NCBI GenBank assembly: GCA_964596165.1 | Contig: CAZQTW010000007.1 | Span: forward strand, 73,496 to 137,495 | Reading direction: 5' to 3' | Length of the DNA stretch: 64,000 nucleotides | From: an uncultured Planctomycetales bacterium | Lineage (GTDB): Bacteria > Planctomycetota > Phycisphaerae > UBA1845 > JAFGLZ01 | Shown here: positions 44,076 through 54,095 of the stretch, piece after piece | Layout: each line of letters begins with the position of its first letter | How positions within the stretch are numbered: position 1 is the stretch's first letter | Program-made: the position numbers and the translations under genes | The notes under the pieces: generated by a model | Databases searched by the model: none | Seen by the model: the letters and a program-made list of their open reading frames with translations, nothing else | Told to the model about the DNA's origin: nothing

Positions 44076-46238
44076 CTACCAGGGAATGGTGAAACGCAGA
44101 GAGATCTGACGCTCGGGTCTTGCCGTCCAGATCGCGACCCGATCGCGGACCTCACGGTCGTTCCATGTGGCCGGGCGGTCTTGTCCGGTGGTGCGGATGA
44201 GGATCTCTTCCGAGCCATTCGCGAGCCGGATTCGCAGCGCCAGGGCATCGGATGGTCGGTTGGCCGGCGTTTGAAGCGCGAAGGCCTCCACCGAACGAAT
44301 GGGCGGCGTAGCGCCTTTGAACGGCCGGAATACGTAGGCCATCGTCACCACACCCTTGCCCTGCCTCGTGTAGACGGCCGTGGCCGCCGGGCGGACGTCA
44401 TAAGCACCACACTTGACCCACCCTTGGACGTTCGGTTGCTCCTCGCCTGCGATGATCTTGCCCTTGATGTCCATCCCCGTCGCCGGGGCGATGACGATGT
44501 TGCCGCCCTTGAACTTCGTGGTGAACAGATCCGTCTCTGGGGCCATCGCCGCTTCTTCCGGTTGAGCGTCGGTGTGGAAGAAGGCCTCGTAGAGGTGCGG
44601 CCTGTCGTCGCGCGGCCGGAGGGTATCGATCACGACCCAATAGTCGGGCTTGACGAACAGGATCTCGCGGCAATGGCCGGCGATTTTCTCTGAACGGCTC
44701 CCGAAACCGTCATCGTAAACGGCGGAGGCATAATCATACTTCGGATCGGTCCTCCACTCGTGCGGCAGGGGTTCGGAGACAACGCTGGTTTGCCCCTTCA
44801 GGCGGCGACGGTTCTGCGGTTCGCCGTCCACGTGGACAACATTGTGGGCGAAGCTGCCGATGTGATACTTCCGCCACGGGGAGGTGTCGTACGGGTAGTT
44901 GCCGGGGTCGATGATCAACTCGCGCCCCTGCGCGTAGAGCACGAAGTGCAGCTTGTCCTCGTGCTGATGTGCAAGCCCGAACGGACCGACATCAAAAAGC
45001 AGGTAAGCATCGTCCGGCCCCCAGCCGGTCCGCATGATCAGGTGCCCGGCATACGGGAAGGCATAGCTGACCTGCGACGGCGGCGAGCCCTCCTTGCGAT
45101 CGGTGGCCGCCCAGAGAAAATCCTTGCGGTTTGGGAAGAACTCATAACCCTCTCTGCAGAGGCTCCTGACGTCGGCATGGCCGCCGTCGTTCAAGTCGGG
45201 CAAACGCAGGTTCGGCATCGCGGCATAAAGATTGTAGTGATACATCCGCTCGAGCCTCTCGATGTAGCCCGGGGGCAGTTCGATGCCGTTTAACCTCGCC
45301 AGGAACACCGGTTGGACGAAGTTGCGCAGAGCGACTTGATGGTAGCCGGTGGAGAGCTCCATCTGCGCCCCGTCGGGATAAACCTGTGCATCGAGTTCAT
45401 GCCGCAGTCGCTTGAGCCCCGTGTCGCGCCAACTCGCCGCCTCCTTGAACTCAGGGAACAGCACGCCGACGTGGAACAATCCGTTCGATTCCATGGTCAG
45501 CCAGTTTGCCCGCGTCGGGTACTTCATCAGATGATGGGCGTGCTCGACCATGCTGGCCACCATCTTGCAGATGCTGGCGTCGTCGAAGCTGGGCGAGGGC
45601 AGGAACCCGAAGAACGCGGTCGGCCAGCTTCCGCCCATACGTATGCCGCATTCGATCGTTCGCCACGCCGAGTCGCGATAGTTGCCCGAGTCGTTCGGCC
45701 GGGGACACCGATCGATCCAACTGTTGAGCTGCCGGACAAAGGCCTGCGCGTACTTCTCGTCGCCGGTGGCCCAGTAGGCATCGCGCAGGGTTCGCCAGTA
45801 CGGGTGACGGCCGAGCTGCCACACGTACTCGTCGTAGCGGTTCCTCGTCGGATTCAGGAACCAGTCGATTTCCCGGCCATAGTCATGCTTGACGCTGACC
45901 GTGACCACGACGTTTCGGGCGGCTTGGTCGGCGGCGCGCGTATCCACGCCCGCAGGCCGTGACGCGGGCCTGGTCCACGAGCGCCAATCGAAGTGCCACT
46001 TCGGCGCCGTACGGGACTTCAGGTAGGCTACAAAGGCCTTCCGTGCGGCCGCGATGTCTCCCGATTCCACAGCCTGTTTGACTGTCACCAGATCGGGACG
46101 CGACAGATCCAGGGCGCTCAGCATCTCTTGCTGTGTGAACCGCGGCGAGGCGGCTCGTTGCGAAGATGGCTCCGCCTGGACAGCCGTCGACGCAGTAGCA
46201 ACCCACCAGAGTGCTACGCATGACTTGAAGCGCATCAA
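44076..46238 (-). CDS. Secreted heparinase II/III-family polysaccharide lyase-like protein
   Basis: Signal peptide. The N-terminal alpha/alpha toroid region has WQLGRHPYW and AQAFVRQLNSWI. The C-terminal part has GPFGLAHQHEDKLHFVLYAQGRELIIDPG and SFAHNVVHVDG. Confidence 0.8.
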   Translation of the reverse strand: MMRFKSCVALWWVATASTAVQAEPSSQRAASPRFTQQEMLSALDLSRPDLVTVKQAVESGDIAAARKAFVAYLKSRTAPKWHFDWRSWTRPASRPAGVDTRAADQAARNVVVTVSVKHDYGREIDWFLNPTRNRYDEYVWQLGRHPYWRTLRDAYWATGDEKYAQAFVRQLNSWIDRCPRPNDSGNYRDSAWRTIECGIRMGGSWPTAFFGFLPSPSFDDASICKMVASMVEHAHHLMKYPTRANWLTMESNGLFHVGVLFPEFKEAASWRDTGLKRLRHELDAQVYPDGAQMELSTGYHQVALRNFVQPVFLARLNGIELPPGYIERLERMYHYNLYAAMPNLRLPDLNDGGHADVRSLCREGYEFFPNRKDFLWAATDRKEGSPPSQVSYAFPYAGHLIMRTGWGPDDAYLLFDVGPFGLAHQHEDKLHFVLYAQGRELIIDPGNYPYDTSPWRKYHIGSFAHNVVHVDGEPQNRRRLKGQTSVVSEPLPHEWRTDPKYDYASAVYDDGFGSRSEKIAGHCREILFVKPDYWVVIDTLRPRDDRPHLYEAFFHTDAQPEEAAMAPETDLFTTKFKGGNIVIAPATGMDIKGKIIAGEEQPNVQGWVKCGAYDVRPAATAVYTRQGKGVVTMAYVFRPFKGATPPIRSVEAFALQTPANRPSDALALRIRLANGSEEILIRTTGQDRPATWNDREVRDRVAIWTARPERQISLRFTIPW

Positions 46239-46275
46239 GTGCTTCCTCCGCAGGGGTGGTCACCGATTGTGTCGG

Positions 46276-47061
46276 TCACGCAAGCCCCGCCAGCATGACG
46301 CCCACCAGATAGGCGGCCAGGGCGGCCAGGCCGCCGACGAGCAACGTCTCCAGTCCGGACAGCAGCCAATTGCGCTCGGTGATCTTCACCTTGAGCGATC
46401 CGAGGGCAAACAGGGTCGAGGCGGTCAGTACACAGGCCAGGGGGAATGCCACCGGACGAATCGAGCCGACGAACTTAGAGAGAACGAAGGCGATCAGTGG
46501 AACCGAACCAAACGCGGCGAACGAAAGGAACGTGGCCAGGCCGTTCTTGGCCGGCGATTCGTTGCTCTCCACGATGCCCAGTTCCTCCACCATCATGACA
46601 TCCACCCACGCCTCCTTGTTCTTGGCCAGGATGTCGACGATGGTCTGCGCGTCAGGTCGGCTGAGCCCTTTGCTGGTGTAGAGCTGGATCAGTTCCTCCT
46701 TCTCACCTTCGGGGTAATTGTCGACCTCCCAGGCCTCGCGGTTCCGCTCGGCCTTGTTGTATTCGTTTTCGGCCTTCGTGCTGAGGTAATCGCCGATAGC
46801 CATCGACAGGCCGTCGGCGATGAGGTTGGCCAGGCCGAGGATCAGCACGATACCGGCCGACAACGCCGCGCCCGCCACGCCCGCGACCACGGCGAAGGTC
46901 GTGATAATCCCGTCCAATCCGCCGTAGACGATGCTCTTGAGGTATCGCCCCTGCAACTGATGGTGCTGTTCGGGTCTATGGTGTAAGTGCGCGAGCCGAG
47001 ACAGCTCGACGTCTCGCTTGGCATAAGCCGCCTTCGCCTGCTGAATGTCACGGGAGGGCAT
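46276..47061 (-). CDS. VIT1/CCC1-family iron/manganese transporter
   Basis: YLKSIVYGGLDGIITTFAVVAGVAGA and ANLIADGLSMAIGDYLS. A cytoplasmic acidic helix region and five TM segments are present. ATG at 47061. Confidence 0.85.
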   Translation of the reverse strand: MPSRDIQQAKAAYAKRDVELSRLAHLHHRPEQHHQLQGRYLKSIVYGGLDGIITTFAVVAGVAGAALSAGIVLILGLANLIADGLSMAIGDYLSTKAENEYNKAERNREAWEVDNYPEGEKEELIQLYTSKGLSRPDAQTIVDILAKNKEAWVDVMMVEELGIVESNESPAKNGLATFLSFAAFGSVPLIAFVLSKFVGSIRPVAFPLACVLTASTLFALGSLKVKITERNWLLSGLETLLVGGLAALAAYLVGVMLAGLA

Positions 47062-47297
47062 AGAACGATTCTCCACTGTGGCACCATGTTACCAGGAACC
47101 CAGCCAATGTCAGTCCGCAGACACACTCTATGACAGAGCCGGCTCGCCCGCCTCCCTGGTACGGCCACGGGCCATTCCGTGGCAAGCGGTAGGGCCGAAG
47201 GCCGTACCGGGGTGTCGAGCCGGGGTCGCCGATCGTGCCCCGCCTGATGCGGTGTTGGGCACACCGGGACGACACGCCACGGCTCTGACTTAGGAGT

Positions 47298-49610
47298 CTA
47301 CTGGACCTGCGGCGGCGGAATTGCCTGGCCATCCTTCTGGGCCAACTGCTCGGCCTTCGAGTAGGTGCCGTAGAAGGCGGCGTTGCCGTCGAGCCAGAGG
47401 GCGATTCGGCGACGCTCGTCGTCGGTCAGGTTGAGCTTGCCGGCGTGGTTGGTATCGCCGAGGATCCTGGTCAGTGGGCTTTCGTCGGCCGGCATGTGGC
47501 CAGGATGCGTGACGATCTGACCCAGCGACTGGCTGCCCCACTCGTACCACCGCACGTATTCTCGCAGGCCCTGATAGGACCGTGTGAATTCCCCCTCCGG
47601 CCTGCCGGACAAATCAGGATCGTGCTTGCCCTGTTTCTTGCCGCCGTCGTGGCAACCGGCGCACCGAACGTCCAGGATGGGCTGTATCAGGCGGGCGTAA
47701 CTCCACGGCCGCGAGCCGTCGGGTCCCGCTTGGATCCCAAACGGACGAACGCCCTTGGTAACGGTCCGGCGAACCGACTCCGTCGTCGTCCCTGTTGGCT
47801 CGTGACAACCCACACAGCCCCGACGCTCACCGGGCTGGAGGTACGTGACGCTCCGCATGCCCTGAACGGCATGGCCCTTCTCGTCGACGATCTGAAAGTA
47901 CAACGGCTTGCGGGCCGGGGCGCGGAAGTAGGCCGATCCGTCGGGACGGACCGGCACCGTGCCCAGCAACATACGGGCGGACTCCGCATTGGCGTATCCC
48001 AATCGCGGCTGATTGGCGATGTGCGTCTCCGTCTTGGGAAGCACCTGAAAGACCCTCAGCTCCTTGACGGGTCTGCCCTTGGGCAAGGGAAAGTGACTCT
48101 GCCCCACCCCCGTCAGAATGAACTCCCCTTGGTCGCCCAGAGACGCGTCCAGCGAACTGGGAATCACCGGCGGGGTCGGCCTGGGCGCCAGCGGGATCGG
48201 ATACATCGACGAAATGCCTTCCCTGCGATACAGCAGCTCCATGTTGCCGAATCGATCGAAATAGTACAGACCGGTCTCCGTGTCCTTCCTAACACGCGGT
48301 CCCATCCCGGGTAGCGGGTCGAAGCTGAAGGCGACCAGGAAGCAGTCCTCCGACAGTGGCCAGGGGCTGTGAAGATACGACGTCGGCCAACCGGGGGCCT
48401 CGGGAAAGCAGACCTCAGGCGTTAGGACGTCCAGTGACTCGAAGCAGTCTTCTCCACTGTTGGGATCCAGGCGGGTCTGGGTCGGGTCGACGATGACCAA
48501 CGAGCCGCCGACGTCGGCGTGGTGCGCGCCGGCGACGAACGCGATGCGGCCGGAACCGGGGATCGCTCGGGGCTGATAACACGCGTTGATCCGCTCGGTG
48601 TAGTTGCCGAAGAGGACTCGCGGATTCGTGCCGTCGGGTCGGCTCACCCACAGCCCATGGAAGTTGGCCGCGGACCGATCGACATAGTCCCAGCGCGAAT
48701 AGACGATACTCCCGTCGTTCAAGACGCTCGGATGCCATTCGTTGGTCTCATGGAACGAGAGCGTGCGGATGTTCCGCCCGTCGCGGTCCATTCGATGGAG
48801 CGTGTACGTGGGCAGCGGCTCCCACGGATTGTGGCAGCGACCGAAGCCGCCGCGCCGCGTCGACATGAATGCGATGCCGCCGTCGGGCAGTTCGCACGGG
48901 TCAAAATCGTCGTCCGGCCCGTCGGTCAACTGGCGAAGGTGCCCGCCGTCGGCGTCCATCGCATGGATGTGGAAGCATCGGCGATCCGACGAGTAGTAGT
49001 CGGGCTTGCGGTCGGCCCGGGGCGCAAAGGCGAAGTAGATCGTCCGCGCATCGAAGCTGAGCGACAGCGTGACATAGTTGCCCCGCGGGAGGCGTCCGCG
49101 AATCAGGTCGCGGATCGCGAACGATTCCCCGGGCTTGTCCAGCACGTACACGCCGCCGCCGGCAATGTCCCCGTAGTCGTAATAATACCCGAGGTATTCG
49201 TGCAGCATCTGCCGGATGAACCGCCTCCGCTCCATGAAAACGATAGGCTTCCCCTTTAACAGGGGGTTTCGCATCGCCAGATCGCGCGTCGCCCAGCGGA
49301 TATCGTGGTAGAGGGCCAATCGGTCGGCGGGTTCCAGCTTGTTCACGTCGCCGATACGAGTACCCAGGGAACGGAGGGTCGCAGCGATGCGGGTCCGATC
49401 CGATTCATCCAGCCCGGGGGCAAGCTGGGCCAACAGCCGCTCGGCGCGACGCATCGCCTGGCGAACGGTTATGGGGTCACCGGGCGAACGTTTTGACCGT
49501 TGCTCCTGCCGCGCCCAATCCGCCTCGATCGTCGGTCGGAAGCCGTCGGTGCCCGAATTCGCCGCCGCGAGTGTTGCCTCCATCATGGCAACAATGATGA
49601 TCGCGCTCAT
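47298..49610 (-). CDS. TolB/PD40-like beta-propeller protein with two C-terminal CXXCH heme-c motifs (HzsA-related-like, tentative)
   Basis: N-terminal signal anchor. The propeller-like region has LTDGPDDDFDPCELPDGGIAF and WHPSVLNDGSIVYSRWDY. The heme motifs are CVGCH and CAGCH. Confidence 0.6.
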   Translation of the reverse strand: MSAIIIVAMMEATLAAANSGTDGFRPTIEADWARQEQRSKRSPGDPITVRQAMRRAERLLAQLAPGLDESDRTRIAATLRSLGTRIGDVNKLEPADRLALYHDIRWATRDLAMRNPLLKGKPIVFMERRRFIRQMLHEYLGYYYDYGDIAGGGVYVLDKPGESFAIRDLIRGRLPRGNYVTLSLSFDARTIYFAFAPRADRKPDYYSSDRRCFHIHAMDADGGHLRQLTDGPDDDFDPCELPDGGIAFMSTRRGGFGRCHNPWEPLPTYTLHRMDRDGRNIRTLSFHETNEWHPSVLNDGSIVYSRWDYVDRSAANFHGLWVSRPDGTNPRVLFGNYTERINACYQPRAIPGSGRIAFVAGAHHADVGGSLVIVDPTQTRLDPNSGEDCFESLDVLTPEVCFPEAPGWPTSYLHSPWPLSEDCFLVAFSFDPLPGMGPRVRKDTETGLYYFDRFGNMELLYRREGISSMYPIPLAPRPTPPVIPSSLDASLGDQGEFILTGVGQSHFPLPKGRPVKELRVFQVLPKTETHIANQPRLGYANAESARMLLGTVPVRPDGSAYFRAPARKPLYFQIVDEKGHAVQGMRSVTYLQPGERRGCVGCHEPTGTTTESVRRTVTKGVRPFGIQAGPDGSRPWSYARLIQPILDVRCAGCHDGGKKQGKHDPDLSGRPEGEFTRSYQGLREYVRWYEWGSQSLGQIVTHPGHMPADESPLTRILGDTNHAGKLNLTDDERRRIALWLDGNAAFYGTYSKAEQLAQKDGQAIPPPQVQ

Positions 49611-49873
49611 GTGAAGAGGATCCCCTCCCCTACAGAGCCGGGGCGTATCGCCCCGGTGCCGATGAAAGACAGACCGTGCTGTGCGGCCGGGCTACGTGAG
49701 GCCGGAATCTCCTCTTGTGACAGAGCCGCCACGTGTCGAGCCGAGGTTATCGGTTGTGCCTCGCCCGATAGAAAGAGAGCTCCGGGGTCGGCACAGCCCG
49801 GCTCAGTACGCGCTATCGTATGCGTTTCACACACCGACGATCAACACCGGTGGATACGCCGAGGCAGTCATTG

Positions 49874-51262
49874 TCACTCGTAACGGAGCGCCTCGATCGG
49901 ATCCAACCGCGAGGCCTTCCAGGCAGGGTAGAAACCGAAGACCACCCCGACGCTCGCGGACACGATGACGGCGGCCACGATCGCCCCCGGCGAAAGCTCC
50001 GTCGGCCAGCGCAAAAAGGTCCTCACCAGCCACGAACTGCCGCGCCCCAACGCGATGCCCAGTCCGCCGCCGAGCAGGCAAAGGACAATCGCCTCCACGA
50101 GAAACTGGCGGAGGATGTCGCGAGCCCGGGCCCCAACGGCCATCCGCAGCCCGATCTCGCGCGTCCGCTCGGTCACCGAGACGAGCATGATGTTCATGAT
50201 CCCCACGCCGCCCACCACCAGCGAGATCAAGGCCACGCACAGCAACAAATTCGTCATTAGCGCCGTCGTGGAACTCAGGGCCCGAGTGATCTCGGTCATG
50301 TCGCGGATGTTGAAGTCGTCCGGCTCGTCGTCCCGAATCCGGTGCCGCTCGTGCAACAGCGCGGTCACCTGTTCGATGGCCCGAGGAACCTCCGCCGGAG
50401 ATCGTGCCGCAATCAGAATCTGATCGACATTGGTGAATCGCACCGGAAGCGGATTGTTCGCAACCTGTGCGGCCGACGGCACCGGGTACAGACTGGGTTG
50501 CCCCGGGTACAGGTCGCTCAAGGTTTTCACCTGCTCGCTACCGGCTGCCCCCGCGGCGCTCTGGTTGACGTTCGTCAGCGTCGTGCCGGCCACACGGTTC
50601 TTGATCGTCGTCCACGGCGCAATCAGGATGTCGTCCTGATCCATGCCCATCATGTTCGCCCCCTTGGGGGCCAACACGCCGATGACCCGGAACGACACGT
50701 TCTTGACGCGAACTTCTCGGCCAATCGGCGACTCGCCCTGAAACAGCTCCCGAACCAGCGTCTGGCCCAGCAGGCAAACCTTGCTGGCGTTTCGGACGTC
50801 CTGATCGGTGAACGCTTCTCCCTCCGCAAGGTTGCGCCAATCGCGGACGTCGAGAATCGACGGCGTGGATCCGTAAATGAATAGCGGTACCCAGTTCCGG
50901 TTGCCGTAAAGGACCTGCGTTCGTGCCCGGACGACGGGCGCAATGGCACGAACGGCCGGGCATTCGCGAAGGATGGCCTCGCCGTCCTCGGGCGTGAGCG
51001 TCATGGACGTGCCGCCGCCGAAGGAGACGCCGCCGCTCGCCGCCGTGCCCGGCAGGACGAAAAAGTTGTCGGCGCCCATGGTCGCAATGGATTGCTGCAC
51101 CGCGCGCGACGACCCGCTGCCGATCTCCATCATGGCAATGACCGCCGCCACGCCGATGATGATGCCCAGCGTGGTCAGCGCCGACCGCATCGTGTTCCGG
51201 CGGAGCGCATGAAACGCCGTGCGGAGGATTCGGACATAACGCGTCGCCGAGAACCCTCTCAT
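49874..51262 (-). CDS. ABC transporter permease, MacB-type (MacB periplasmic core plus FtsX domain)
   Basis: N-terminal TM (SALTTLGIIIGVAAVIAM), a periplasmic domain, and a C-terminal FtsX 3-TM with TREIGLRMAVGARARDI. Confidence 0.9.
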   Translation of the reverse strand: MRGFSATRYVRILRTAFHALRRNTMRSALTTLGIIIGVAAVIAMMEIGSGSSRAVQQSIATMGADNFFVLPGTAASGGVSFGGGTSMTLTPEDGEAILRECPAVRAIAPVVRARTQVLYGNRNWVPLFIYGSTPSILDVRDWRNLAEGEAFTDQDVRNASKVCLLGQTLVRELFQGESPIGREVRVKNVSFRVIGVLAPKGANMMGMDQDDILIAPWTTIKNRVAGTTLTNVNQSAAGAAGSEQVKTLSDLYPGQPSLYPVPSAAQVANNPLPVRFTNVDQILIAARSPAEVPRAIEQVTALLHERHRIRDDEPDDFNIRDMTEITRALSSTTALMTNLLLCVALISLVVGGVGIMNIMLVSVTERTREIGLRMAVGARARDILRQFLVEAIVLCLLGGGLGIALGRGSSWLVRTFLRWPTELSPGAIVAAVIVSASVGVVFGFYPAWKASRLDPIEALRYE

Positions 51263-52026
51263 GGCGAAAACCCCTTCGACAATCCCGCAGGATCCGTCAT
51301 CGGCTCGCGATGGGTGTTCGATGATTCGGCCGCATGCGGTGCCGCGTAGTTGCCGTCAATCTGGCCGTCCAGGATGTGAATGATCCGCCGCGCATGGTGA
51401 GCGACGCCGGCGTCGTGCGTCACCAGGATGATGGTGATCCCCTCTTCGCGGTTTAGCCGTTCAAACATCTCGAGCGTCTCCTTGCTCGTCCGCGAATCGA
51501 GGTTGCCCGTCGGCTCGTCGGCGAACAACAGCGAGGGCTGGTTGATCAACGCTCGTGCAATGGCCACCCGCTGCTGCTGACCGCCGGAAAGCTGCGAAGG
51601 CTCATGGTCCATCCGGTCTCCCAGCCCCACGCGGCGAAGCAGCTCAATCGACCGATCCCGAACCTCACGATCGGACTGCCCCGCAGTCGAGTACGACGCC
51701 GGCATCATCACGTTTTCCAAGGCGCTCGTCCGGGCAAGCAGGTTGAAGTTCTGAAACACGAAACCGATCTTGCGATTCCGCAGCAAGGCCCGCTCGTCGG
51801 CGGAAAGGCCGGAGACCTCTTCCCCTTCGAGCCAGTACTTGCCGGAGGTGGGCCGGTCGAGACAACCGAGAATGTTCATGAGCGTCGTCTTGCCCGAACC
51901 CGAGACGCCCATCAGCGCGACCATCTCGCCGCGCTCCACGGTGAGCGATATCCCCTTGAGAACCGGCACGTCCACCTGCCCGAGGTGATAGGTCTTATGG
52001 ATGTCCTCGAGCTTGATCAATTCCAC
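51259..52026 (-). CDS. ABC transporter ATP-binding protein (MacB/LolD-type)
   Basis: GTG at 52026 is preceded by GGGAGG at 8 nt. Walker [11 protein letters not shown]-loop, signature LSGGQQQRV and Walker B LLFADEPT. It overlaps the permease start by 4 nt. Confidence 0.9.
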   Translation of the reverse strand: MELIKLEDIHKTYHLGQVDVPVLKGISLTVERGEMVALMGVSGSGKTTLMNILGCLDRPTSGKYWLEGEEVSGLSADERALLRNRKIGFVFQNFNLLARTSALENVMMPASYSTAGQSDREVRDRSIELLRRVGLGDRMDHEPSQLSGGQQQRVAIARALINQPSLLFADEPTGNLDSRTSKETLEMFERLNREEGITIILVTHDAGVAHHARRIIHILDGQIDGNYAAPHAAESSNTHREPMTDPAGLSKGFSP

Positions 52027-52048
52027 GAGCAGCGCCTCCCATCCACGA

Positions 52049-53398
52049 CTACCGTCGGCCGCCCCGCGTGATCTTCGGTACGAACGGATTGACGGTCTCG
52101 GACGGCTTGCCGCCCTGCCCGACAACCTCACCCACGACGACCTCCGTCCCCTCGTCCAAATTCTCGCCCTCAACCTCCGTCATGCCGCCGTCGCTCGCGC
52201 CGGTCCTGACGACCCGGGGACGCACATATTCACCCTCCCGAACCCACAGCGTCCCACGACCGGAGTCTCCCGGGCTCGGCCTGCCGACCGAAGCCGGACT
52301 CCGGGCCGACGAGGACTTGCCCTGAACCAGCCGGCCGGCCTCCTCACGTGCGTCGGGAGCAATCCGATCCTCGGACGGCGTCCAGCGCAACGCCGCCGTC
52401 GGCGCGGCCAACACGTTGTCCCGCCGGATGACCTCAAATTGCACGTTGGCCGTCAGGTAAGGCAGCAACTTCCCGTCGGAGTTGTCGGTGTTGATCTCCA
52501 CCGTGTATGTGACCACGTTCTGCGTCATGCTGGCATTCAAACGGATTTTGCCCACCTCGCCGCGGAAAACCTCCCCCGGAAAGGCATCGACGGTAAACCG
52601 GACGGGCTGACCCGGATGAACGCTGCCGATGTCCGCCTCATTCACCGCGGCCCACACCTGCATCTTTGTCAGGTCCTTGGCGATCAGGAACAAACTGGGC
52701 GCATTCAGGCTGGCGACGACCGTCTGACCGATGTTCACGCGGCGGTCGATGATGACCCCCTTCACCGGCGACTTGATGGTGCAATAGCCGTGGTTCGTCT
52801 GAACCCTCTTCAAGGCCGCCTCGGCCTGGGCCACCCCCTTCTCCGCCTGCACGACGCCGGCCTCGCCCACCCCAACGGTGGCCCTGGCCGTCTCGTAGTT
52901 CGCTTCGTACATGTCGTAGTCGGTGGCGGACAGCGCACGAGACACGCCGATCTCCCGGGCTCGTTTCCAGTTGCGCTCCGCCTGAATCAACTTGGCCTTC
53001 ATCTGATCCAGGTCGGCCTTGGCGCGAAGGACGTTCGCCTTGGCCTGATCGAGCATGGCGACCGCCTGAGCCACGTCGGCGGCGTAAAGCGCATCGTCGA
53101 TACGCGCCAAGACGGTGCCTTCCTCGACCGGCGAACCGTAATCAATCACGTTGCCCTTCGGATCCTTTCCGAAAGCCTCGATCTTGCCCGCCACCTGGGC
53201 GCCGACGTCGATCACCTCGATCGGCTCCAGCGTCCCCGTCGCGCTGATGGCAACCAGAATGTCCCCGCGTTTGACCGGCGCGGTTCGCAACGAAGCAGGC
53301 GGGGTCGCCGAACGCTGCCAGTAGTACGCGCCGGCGCCGCCGGCCAGTGCCAGCACGACGATGAGAATAAGGACCTTCTTCATACGACGGCTCCCCAA
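52049..53398 (-). CDS. Efflux periplasmic adaptor subunit (MacA/HlyD family)
   Basis: N-terminal TM anchor, a lipoyl-like region, a long coiled-coil hairpin (ANVLRAKADLDQMKAKLIQAERNW...), a beta-barrel and a C-terminal domain. Confidence 0.85.
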   Translation of the reverse strand: MGSRRMKKVLILIVVLALAGGAGAYYWQRSATPPASLRTAPVKRGDILVAISATGTLEPIEVIDVGAQVAGKIEAFGKDPKGNVIDYGSPVEEGTVLARIDDALYAADVAQAVAMLDQAKANVLRAKADLDQMKAKLIQAERNWKRAREIGVSRALSATDYDMYEANYETARATVGVGEAGVVQAEKGVAQAEAALKRVQTNHGYCTIKSPVKGVIIDRRVNIGQTVVASLNAPSLFLIAKDLTKMQVWAAVNEADIGSVHPGQPVRFTVDAFPGEVFRGEVGKIRLNASMTQNVVTYTVEINTDNSDGKLLPYLTANVQFEVIRRDNVLAAPTAALRWTPSEDRIAPDAREEAGRLVQGKSSSARSPASVGRPSPGDSGRGTLWVREGEYVRPRVVRTGASDGGMTEVEGENLDEGTEVVVGEVVGQGGKPSETVNPFVPKITRGGRR

Positions 53399-53420
53399 GT
53401 GCGCGTCTGAGAATCCGTGC

Positions 53421-53909
53421 TCACGTTATTGCCTCCGCCTGCCGGTTCCTCGGCTCGAACACCCGGTGCAAGACATCGGTCGCTTGCCGCACCGCCGCGA
53501 GATCGGCCGGCGACATGGCCTTGAATCTGACGGCCAGCGCCTTCTGAATGATTCGCTCGACGGTCCGCACCGCCGCCTGACCTCGCTTCGTAAGCGAAAG
53601 CGAGACGCTCCGCCGATCGTCGATCCGCGTCTGACGGTTCAGCAAACCCCGCTTGACCAACAGATCGACCGTTCTCGACGCCGCCGGCATCGAAAGACCC
53701 AGGTGCTCGGCCAGCTCGGAAAGCGACGCGCTGTCGTTGTGCGCGACAAACACCAGTGCCCGAAACTGGGGTATGGTCAACTCGCCGTTCCGGTGCCCTT
53801 GCACTTCGGTCCGGATGAAACGCATGACGTGTGGCAGTGCCGTCAACAACCCCCGCGCACAGGCGTCGGCGGAAGCCGCACGAATAGTTCCATTTGATAA
53901 CTGTTGCAT
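53421..53909 (-). CDS. MarR-family transcriptional regulator
   Basis: LTIPQFRALVFVAHNDSASLSELAEHLGLSMPAASRTVDLLVKRGLL...DDRRSVSLSLT is a winged HTH. ATG at 53909. It heads the macA-macB cluster. Confidence 0.85.
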   Translation of the reverse strand: MQQLSNGTIRAASADACARGLLTALPHVMRFIRTEVQGHRNGELTIPQFRALVFVAHNDSASLSELAEHLGLSMPAASRTVDLLVKRGLLNRQTRIDDRRSVSLSLTKRGQAAVRTVERIIQKALAVRFKAMSPADLAAVRQATDVLHRVFEPRNRQAEAIT

Positions 53910-54095
53910 ATAGGAATTATAGGACGCGCTCGAAACACGTGTCAATCCGGTCGTGGACGTGCTCGCGGAGCCGGCCTGTGCCGGGCCGGTGGTTCTTCTT
54001 GTTGTGAAGAAGCCGCCTCGCCCGCCACGGCATGGCCGCAGGCCGTGCCGTGGCGGGCAGTCCGGCTCTGTAGGCGAACCGAAAGCGTACGCGGC

